From NCBI GenBank assembly GCA_951406725.2, contig OX597816.1, positions 106,144,001 through 106,208,000 on the forward strand: a DNA stretch of 64,000 bases, given 5' to 3'. The stretch is from Octopus vulgaris. Taxonomy: Eukaryota. The notes under the pieces are model-generated. The model made no database searches, had not been told where the DNA came from, and was given only the letters and a program-made list of their open reading frames with translations. Shown here piece after piece: positions 53,533-64,000 of the stretch. The translations under genes were made by a program, and so were the position numbers. The stretch's first letter is position 1. Every line of letters begins with the position of its first letter.

Positions 53533-54037
53533 AATAACCTTTGCATTTGATTTTTTAATGTCTCTACCCTCATACTTTCGTGAGTTGAATTGAGCAAACA
53601 CTATACGAGAGAGATTTTCTTTAAGTATTGGTGATAGTTTTAAAAAAGTTTTTTTAGCTGCTATTTCTAATGAGTTCAGTATGCGGCAAAGTAAATTATT
53701 TTACTAAGCCCTTTTATATAATGTAATAATTTGAATTCGCCTTAAATGGTCCCTTTGTATACTGAATACTTGGTGAAATTGATTAATTAATTAATTTTAC
53801 CCTCAATTGTTGAAATTATAATTCATCTCTCTCTATATAATGCCTCGGATTTTACCGAAAAAAGCATAATGTTTGCTGATTTTAACCCACGCTGGTGGAA
53901 AGGGGAGAGCAGAAATTCTTCGTTTGCATATTTGAATTTGCTAACACTGTTAGTTTTGAACAGATCTTCAGAAGCGATAACAGGCCGAAAGGGTATGCTC
54001 CCGCTTTCAGTGTTTTCAAATCCAAACCAGGGAGTTC

Positions 54038-54089
54038 TGAGCTGATGATAGAAGTGTTGATTTGACTAATCTTGAAACGTACGTTCTCA
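54038..54089 (+). ncRNA. Minimal type-I hammerhead ribozyme motif, copy 4
   Basis: TGAGCTGATGATAGAAGTGTTGATTTGACTAATCTTGAAACGTACGTTCTCA. A C>T in stem II keeps a G-U pair. Confidence 0.72.
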
Positions 54090-54285
54090 AATAACCTTTG
54101 CATTTGATTTTTTAATGTCTCTACCCTCATACTTTCGTGAGTTGAATTGAGCAAACACTATACGAGAGAGATTTTCTTTAAGTATTGGAGATAGTTTTAA
54201 AAAAGTTTTTTTAGCTGCTATTTCTAATGAGTTCAGTATGCGGCAAAGTAAATTATTTTACTAAGCCCTTTTATATAATGTAATA

Positions 54286-55916
<1,631 letters not shown>

Positions 55917-56305
55917 CATCATCATCATCATCATCGTTTAACGTCCGCTTTCCATGCTAGCATGGGTTGGACGGTTCAACTGGGGTCTGGGAAGCCCGAA
56001 GGCTGCACCAGGCCAGTCAGATGTGGCAGTGTTTCTACAGCTGGATGCCCTTCCTAACGCCAACCACTCCGAGAGTGTAGTGGGTGATTTTATGTGCCAC
56101 CGACACAGGTGCCAGACGAGGCTGGCAGACGGCCACGCTCGGATGGTGTTTTTTATGTGCCACCGACACAGGTGCCAGACGAGGCTGGCAGACGGCCACG
56201 CTCGGATGGTGTTTTCTTATGTGTCACCGACACAGGTGCCAGACGAGGCTGGCGGACGGCCACGCTCGGATGGTGTTTGTTACGTGCCCTCAGCACGGAG
56301 GCCAA
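55917..56305 (-). mobile_element. RTE-tail short repeat with internal ~62-bp x3 tandem
   Basis: (CAT)n-CGTTTAACGTCCGCTTTCCATGCTAGCATGGGTTGGACGG. ATGTGCCACCGACACAGGTGCCAGACGAGGCTGGCAGACGGCCACGCTCGGATGGTG is repeated three times at ~56090-56280. Confidence 0.8.
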
Positions 56306-56320
56306 TACATATATATATAT

Positions 56321-56382
<62 letters not shown>

Positions 56383-56421
56383 GTATATATATATGTATAT
56401 ATATACATGTATATATATATG

Positions 56422-56456
<35 letters not shown>

Positions 56457-56574
56457 GTATATATATATATATACATGTATATATATATGTATATATATAT
56501 GTATATATATATATATGTATATATATATGTATATATATATGTATATATATATGTATATATATATGTATATATAT

Positions 56575-57562
56575 CATCATCATCATCATCATCATCGTTT
56601 AACGTCCGCTTTCCGCGCTAGCACGGGTTGGACGGTTTGACCGGGTCTGGGAAGCCAGGGGCCGCACCAGGCTCCAGTCTGAATCTGGCAGAGTTTCTAC
56701 GGCTGGATGCCCTTCCTAACGCCAACCACTCCGTGAGTGGATTGGGTGCTTTTTACGTGCCACCTGCACAGGGGCCGGAGGGTCCGGCATCGTCACGATC
56801 GGTTCGAGCATTTTAACGTGTCAGCGGCACGGGGGCAACGAGGTCCGGGGTACTTTGGGGATCCAGGGTACTTTGGGGATCCGGGGTACTTAGAATGAGT
56901 AGGGGGTATGTGGAATTGCTGCAGAAAGCAGCCCGGGTCTTTGTAGTCACAGCATTTATCGTCACTGAGTAAGGAAGGGTTGGTGTAGGTTCCTAAGAAA
57001 TAAAGACATTCGTTATCGTCACTGAGTAACGTTATTAGGTAGAGGAAAGAATACAGATATTCTAGAGTTGAGTTGGGGAGGGGGGGGGGTCCAGTTGAGG
57101 TGGGTAATATAGGGGAGCAACCAGTGGGGAAGGTTGGGGTAAGGAGGAACGATGGCAGGAAGGGTTGGTGTAGGTTCCTAAGAAATAAAAACGTAGGATA
57201 TTACGAGGCGGGAGGGTGCTAAAGGGGATAGTCGGAATGAAGCAGTGTCAGGAGGAAGCGTAAGATCGGTGGGCAGTTGATGAGCTATGGCGCTAGCAGC
57301 TTGTCTTTTCACAGTGAAAGCATATGAGGAGAAGGGGTAGTGGGGGGAGGAGGAGGGAGTAGGGCGTACCCGGTGTAGATGAGTAAGGCGTATCCGGTGT
57401 AGATGGTGAGGACAGGGTATACTGGTATTGGTGGTGGGGGGTGAGGAACAGTGTTCACCAGTATTGGTGGTGTTGGCGGTGAGAACAGTGTTCACCGGTA
57501 TTGGTGGTGGGGGTGAGAACAGTGTTCATCGGTATTGGTGGTGGGGGTGGGGGGCGGGCGCA
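56575..57562 (-). mobile_element. Longer non-autonomous RTE-tailed element (G-rich + strand, minisatellites) running into the 317-bp array
   Basis: Same (CAT)n tail motif at 56575-56820, an 18-bp x3 repeat at ~56845-56890 and ~36-bp repeats at ~57420-57545. No coding capacity. Confidence 0.65.
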
Positions 57563-60500
57563 CCGCCAATGGCTGAAAGATGGAAAGAGAAGGGAAGAGA
57601 TGGGATTACGGCTTGAGGTAGCCTAGCCTAAGGTTAAATTTTGTAGAGAGAGAGATAGAAAGATAAATCAAGTTATGGCGAAGGCTTGAAAGTAGCCTTA
57701 AAAGGTTAAATTTTCGTAACAATGTATGAATAAACGTAGTAACAACGAATAGAAATATTAAGATAAATTTTTTTAAAGAACTTGCTGCGGACATCGGTCG
57801 GGAGTTGAAATTGAAGAAGTAAGTTAGTTGAATTGGGAATTTAAATTGTAGAATCGTAATGGTAAGAGGAGGAAAAAGACCGCCAAATGGCTGAAAGATG
57901 GAAAGAGATGGGAAGAGATGGGATTACGGCTTGAGGTAGCCTAGCCTAAGGTTAAATTTTGTAGAGAGAGAGATAGAAAGATAAATCAAGTTATGGCGAA
58001 GGCTTGAAAGTAGCCTTAAAAGGTTAAATTTTCGTAACAATGTATGAATAAACGTAGTAACAACGAATAGAAATATTAAGATAAATTTTTAAAGAACTTG
58101 CTGCGGACATCGGTCGGGAGTTGAAATTGAAGAAGTAAGTTAGTTGAATTGGGAATTTAAATTGTAGAATCGTAATGGTAAGAGGAGGAAAAAGACCGCC
58201 AAATGGCTGAAAGATGGAAAGAGATGGGAAGAGATGGGATTACGGCTTGAGGTAGCCTAGCCTAAGGTTAAATTTTGTAGAGAGAGAGATAGAAAGATAA
58301 ATCAAGTTATGGCGAAGGCTTGAAAGTAGCCTTAAAAGGTTAAATTTTCGTAACAATGTATGAATAAACGTAGTAACAACGAATAGAAATATTAAGATAA
58401 ATTTTTAAAGAACTTGCTGCGGACATCGGTCGGGAGTTGAAATTGAAGAAGTAAGTTAGTTGAATTGGGAATTTAAATTGTAGAATCGTAATGGTAAGAG
58501 GAGGAAAAAAAGACCGCCAAATGGCTGAAAGATGGAAAGAGATGGGAAGAGATGGGATTACGGCTTGAGGTAGCCTAGCCTAAGGTTAAATTTTGTAGAG
58601 AGAGAGATAGAAAGATAAATCAAGTTATGGCGAAGGCTTGAAAGTAGCCTTAAAAGGTTAAATTTTCGTAACAATGTATGAATAAACGTAGTAACAACGA
58701 ATAGAAATATTAAGATAAATTTTTAAAGAACTTGCTGCGGACATCGGTCGGGAGTTGAAATTGAAGAAGTAAGTTAGTTGAATTGGGAATTTAAATTGTA
58801 GAATCGTAATGGTAAGAGGAGGAAAAAAGACCGCCAAATGGCTGAAAGATGGAAAGAGATGGGAAGAGATGGGATTACGGCTTGAGGTAGCCTAGCCTAA
58901 GGTTAAATTTTGTAGAGAGAGAGATAGAAAGATAAATCAAGTTATGGCGAAGGCTTGAAAGTAGCCTTAAAAGGTTAAATTTTCGTAACAATGTATGAAT
59001 AAACGTAGTAACAACGAATAGAAATATTAAGATAAATTTTTAAAGAACTTGCTGCGGACATCGGTCGGGAGTTGAAATTGAAGAAGTAAGTTAGTTGAAT
59101 TGGGAATTTAAATTGTAGAATCGTAATGGTAAGAGGAGGAAAAAAGACCGCCAAATGGCTGAAAGATGGAAAGAGATGGGAAGAGATGGGATTACGGCTT
59201 GAGGTAGCCTAGCCTAAGGTTAAATTTTGTAGAGAGAGAGATAGAAAGATAAATCAAGTTATGGCGAAGGCTTGAAAGTAGCCTTAAAAGGTTAAATTTT
59301 CGTAACAATGTATGAATAAACGTAGTAACAACGAATAGAAATATTAAGATAAATTTTTAAAGAACTTGCTGCGGACATCGGTCGGGAGTTGAAATTGAAG
59401 AAGTAAGTTAGTTGAATTGGGAATTTAAATTGTAGAATCGTAATGGTAAGAGGAGGAAAAAAGACCGCCAAATGGCTGAAAGATGGAAAGAGATGGGAAG
59501 AGATGGGATTACGGCTTGAGGTAGCCTAGCCTAAGGTTAAATTTTGTAGAGAGAGAGATAGAAAGATAAATCAAGTTATGGCGAAGGCTTGAAAGTAGCC
59601 TTAAAAGGTTAAATTTTCGTAACAATGTATGAATAAACGTAGTAACAACGAATAGAAATATTAAGATAAATTTTTAAAGAACTTGCTGCGGACATCGGTC
59701 GGGAGTTGAAATTGAAGAAGTAAGTTAGTTGAATTGGGAATTTAAATTGTAGAATCGTAATGGTAAGAGGAGGAAAAAAGACCGCCAAATGGCTGAAAGA
59801 TGGAAAGAGATGGGAAGAGATGGGATTACGGCTTGAGGTAGCCTAGCCTAAGGTTAAATTTTGTAGAGAGAGAGATAGAAAGATAAATCAAGTTATGGCG
59901 AAGGCTTGAAAGTAGCCTTAAAAGGTTAAATTTTCGTAACAATGTATGAATAAACGTAGTAACAACGAATAGAAATATTAAGATAAATTTTTAAAGAACT
60001 TGCTGCGGACATCGGTCGGGAGTTGAAATTGAAGAAGTAAGTTAGTTGAATTGGGAATTTAAATTGTAGAATCGTAATGGTAAGAGGAGGAAAAAAGACC
60101 GCCAAATGGCTGAAAGATGGAAAGAGATGGGAAGAGATGGGATTACGGCTTGAGGTAGCCTAGCCTAAGGTTAAATTTTGTAGAGAGAGAGATAGAAAGA
60201 TAAATCAAGTTATGGCGAAGGCTTGAAAGTAGCCTTAAAAGGTTAAATTTTCGTAACAATGTATGAATAAACGTAGTAACAACGAATAGAAATATTAAGA
60301 TAAATTTTTAAAGAACTTGCTGCGGACATCGGTCGGGAGTTGAAATTGAAGAAGTAAGTTAGTTGAATTGGGAATTTAAATTGTAGAATCGTAATGGTAA
60401 GAGGAGGAAAAAAGACCGCCAAATGGCTGAAAGATGGAAAGAGATGGGAAGAGATGGGATTACGGCTTGAGGTAGCCTAGCCTAAGGTTAAATTTTGTAG

Positions 60501-61664
60501 AGAGAGAGATAGAAAGATAAATCAAGTTATGGCGAAGGCTTGAAAGTAGCCTTAAAAGGTTAAATTTTCGTAACAATGTATGAATAAACGTAGTAACAAC
60601 GAATAGAAATATTAAGATAAATTTTTAAAGAACTTGCTGCGGACATCGGTCGGGAGTTGAAATTGAAGAAGTAAGTTAGTTGAATTGGGAATTTAAATTG
60701 TAGAATCGTAATGGTAAGAGGAGGAAAAAAGACCGCCAAATGGCTGAAAGATGGAAAGAGATGGGAAGAGATGGGATTACGGCTTGAGGTAGCCTAGCCT
60801 AAGGTTAAATTTTGTAGAGAGAGAGATAGAAAGATAAATCAAGTTATGGCGAAGGCTTGAAAGTAGCCTTAAAAGGTTAAATTTTCGTAACAATGTATGA
60901 ATAAACGTAGTAACAACGAATAGAAATATTAAGATAAATTTTTAAAGAACTTGCTGCGGACATCGGTCGGGAGTTGAAATTGAAGAAGTAAGTTAGTTGA
61001 ATTGGGAATTTAAATTGTAGAATCGTAATGGTAAGAGGAGGAAAAAAGACCGCCAAATGGCTGAAAGATGGAAAGAGATGGGAAGAGATGGGATTACGGC
61101 TTGAGGTAGCCTAGCCTAAGGTTAAATTTTGTAGAGAGAGAGATAGAAAGATAAATCAAGTTATGGCGAAGGCTTGAAAGTAGCCTTAAAAGGTTAAATT
61201 TTCGTAACAATGTATGAATAAACGTAGTAACAACGAATAGAAATATTAAGATAAATTTTTAAAGAACTTGCTGCGGACATCGGTCGGGAGTTGAAATTGA
61301 AGAAGTAAGTTAGTTGAATTGGGAATTTAAATTGTAGAATCGTAATGGTAAGAGGAGGAAAAAAGACCGCCAAATGGCTGAAAGATGGAAAGAGATGGGA
61401 AGAGATGGGATTACGGCTTGAGGTAGCCTAGCCTAAGGTTAAATTTTGTAGAGAGAGAGATAGAAAGATAAATCAAGTTATGGCGAAGGCTTGAAAGTAG
61501 CCTTAAAAGGTTAAATTTTCGTAACAATGTATGAATAAACGTAGTAACAACGAATAGAAATATTAAGATAAATTTTTAAAGAACTTGCTGCGGACATCGG
61601 TCGGGAGTTGAAATTGAAGAAGTAAGTTAGTTGAATTGGGAATTTAAATTGTAGAATCGTAATG
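57563..61664. repeat. Tandem array of 13 x 317-bp units (last one truncated)
   Basis: Unit starts (CCGCCAAATGGCTGAAAG) at 57563, 57880, 58196, 58514, 58831, 59148, 59465, 59782, 60099, 60416, 60733, 61050 and 61367. Units are nearly identical. Confidence 0.97.
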
Positions 61665-62288
<624 letters not shown>

Positions 62289-62289
62289 T

Positions 62290-64000
62290 TTACTCTTTTA
62301 CTCTTTTACTTGTTTCAGCCATCCGGCTGAGGCCATGCTGGGGCACCGCCCTTGTTGCTACCCTCTCTAAGTCCAGTTTGCCGTGGCTGGCCACTGATCT
62401 AAGAGAGAGTTTGTAGCTGCTGCCCTTAGGTTACCTTCGTACCTTGCAGTGGGTTCATCTGGGATCCTGGAAAGCAGCTTGTCTAGATGTTTTTTGAAAA
62501 TGTCCACATCCGCATCATGTAGATCTCTTAGTTTTCTTGGCAGTTTGTTGAAAAGCTGAGGGCCCCTGAACCCCAGGCTATTACAGTATCTGCTCCTTAC
62601 CCTGGATGTGGAAGACGGGACCTTTGGCACCACACAGTGACGTCCTGTACGGGGATTGGAACAGCTCTCAATTCCAAAATTTGGTGCTAGTCCCTCCAGG
62701 ATTTTCCATATGTATATCACTGCATATCTCTCTCGTCTTCGTTCCAAGGAGTACAAATTGAGTTCCCTAAGCCTCTCCCAATAGTTCTTTTCTTTCATGG
62801 TGGAAATCCTCTTGGTGAAATGTCTTTGGATTGTCTCAAGCTCTGTGGTTAGTTTGACACTATGCGGTGACCACAGTTGGGAGCAGTAGTCCAGGCGGCT
62901 TAGGACAAATGTCCTCCATAGTGTCAACATGGTCTCGCAGTCTCTTGTCCGGAATGTCCTCAGGATCCAGCCAGTGAGTCGTCTGCACATTGTCGCCACC
63001 TTCGCGATGTGTGAAGAAAAAGATGCATCGTCACTCATGTCTATCCCCAGGTCCCGTATTGATTTCGATACTGGGATTTCGATCCCTCCTGGACCAGTAT
63101 AGTTGTGTTGTAATGTATATGTGTTTACAGCTTGATATTGTAAGGCTTGAAATTTGCCAGCATTAAATTGCATGTTGTTGTCTTCAGCCCATTTGTATAT
63201 GGCATCCAGATCTTGTTGTAAAAGGTCAGCATCAGCTGGGTTTTTGATTGCCTGTGCTACCTTTGTGTCATCAGCATAGCTAGTGAGGGATGTTGTTTGT
63301 GCTACCAAGGGCATGTCAGAGAGCGCCACCAAAAACAGCAAGGGTCCCAAGACTGTGCCCTGTGGCACCCCGCTTGCTATTGGTGTCTTTCCCGAGAGGG
63401 CTCCATTGGCTGCAACCATCTGGCTTCTGTCCTTCAGGAAGTCATGTATCCACTCACCTACTTTTCCTGTTATGCCGAGTCTGAGTAATTTGTGACATAT
63501 CACTCCGTGGTCGACTTTGTCAAAGGCCTTCGCAAAGTCGAGATATACCACATCCACCTGTGAGCGATCCAGTAGTTGTTTCAGTACCCAGTCGTAGTGT
63601 TGTAACAGCTGCGTAAGGCAGCTTCTTCCTGGGCGAAAGCCATGCTGTGTGTCAGTGAGACGGTTAGTTTCTTCGAGGAACGTGATCAGTTTTTTTCTGA
63701 TGATTCGTTCCATGACCTTACTTATGTGTGACGTCAGGGAGACTGGCCTGTAGTTTTTGGCCTCTGCTCTACTCCCTCCTTTGTGGATAGGGCATATGGT
63801 GCCTTCTTTAAGCGCCCTGGGCAGTTTACCGTTAGCCAAGGAACCACTGAAGAGCTTCTTCAGTGGTCCCGCTAGGGCATGCCTGCATGTTTTTAGGAGG
63901 ACTGCTGGGAATCCATCTGGTCCAGCAGCTGAGTTTATTCTCATTTCTTCTATGGCAGATATTACATCCCTCTCTGTTATGTCTATGTGGTCGATGGTTG
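62290..64000 (-). mobile_element. Young CR1-group LINE, 3' part with open ORF2 RT domain and 3' tail
   Basis: Uninterrupted 525-aa ORF 62367-63944 ([59 protein letters not shown]), followed by a short UTR and an (AAAGAGTA)n tail. Confidence 0.93.
62367..63944 (-). CDS. LINE (CR1-group) ORF2 reverse transcriptase, partial (continues past the window edge)
   Basis: Canonical non-LTR RT motifs and no stops. Confidence 0.9.
   Translation of the reverse strand: MRINSAAGPDGFPAVLLKTCRHALAGPLKKLFSGSLANGKLPRALKEGTICPIHKGGSRAEAKNYRPVSLTSHISKVMERIIRKKLITFLEETNRLTDTQHGFRPGRSCLTQLLQHYDWVLKQLLDRSQVDVVYLDFAKAFDKVDHGVICHKLLRLGITGKVGEWIHDFLKDRSQMVAANGALSGKTPIASGVPQGTVLGPLLFLVALSDMPLVAQTTSLTSYADDTKVAQAIKNPADADLLQQDLDAIYKWAEDNNMQFNAGKFQALQYQAVNTYTLQHNYTGPGGIEIPVSKSIRDLGIDMSDDASFSSHIAKVATMCRRLTGWILRTFRTRDCETMLTLWRTFVLSRLDYCSQLWSPHSVKLTTELETIQRHFTKRISTMKEKNYWERLRELNLYSLERRRERYAVIYIWKILEGLAPNFGIESCSNPRTGRHCVVPKVPSSTSRVRSRYCNSLGFRGPQLFNKLPRKLRDLHDADVDIFKKHLDKLLSRIPDEPTARYEGNLRAAATNSLLDQWPATANWT

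Larger units (their letters stand above)
52354..54289. mobile_element. 557-bp hammerhead-bearing unit, tandem plus inverted (Penelope-like pLTR / retrozyme-type insertion)
   Basis: Direct copies 52354-52911 and 52912-53370, then inverted copies 53371-54289. Flanked by (TA)n on both sides. One hammerhead motif per unit. Confidence 0.75.

Noticed and set aside
52577-54154. Repeated 81-96 aa ORFs (MLNSTHESMRVETL...)
   Set aside because: They start at TTG, lie antisense to the hammerhead, have no recognisable domain and recur only because the unit is repeated.
57563-61664. Regular array as a possible CRISPR
   Set aside because: There are no variable spacers, the 317-bp units are near-identical, the context is eukaryotic and there are no cas genes.

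Overview
Eukaryotic (animal) AT-rich genomic DNA. The repeat families, (TA)n/(CA)n tracts and (CAT)n-tailed elements suggest an octopus/coleoid cephalopod (inference). The main gene is URB1/Npa1 (nucleolar pre-ribosome-associated protein 1) on the + strand. Twenty GT-AG exons between 10681 and 51589 splice with consistent phases to about 1300 codons, and the gene continues beyond the window. Exons 17-20 appear twice around a 100-N gap, probably an assembly overlap. Introns and flanks hold Tc1/mariner elements (DD34D, DD37D, DD41D), Tx1-like, RTE and CR1 LINEs, a solo LTR, a Helitron helicase remnant and SINEs. The most unusual region is intron 20, after 51589. It contains (i) a 557-bp unit with a minimal type-I hammerhead ribozyme motif, in four copies arranged as tandem pairs forming a ~1.85-kb near-perfect palindrome embedded in (TA)n, as expected of a Penelope-like pLTR or retrozyme; (ii) a 13-copy 317-bp tandem array fused to an RTE-tailed non-autonomous element; and (iii) a young CR1 whose 3' tail matches the local tRNA-SINE tail. 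A fold-back DD41D transposon made of two 3' ends lies at 927-1817.
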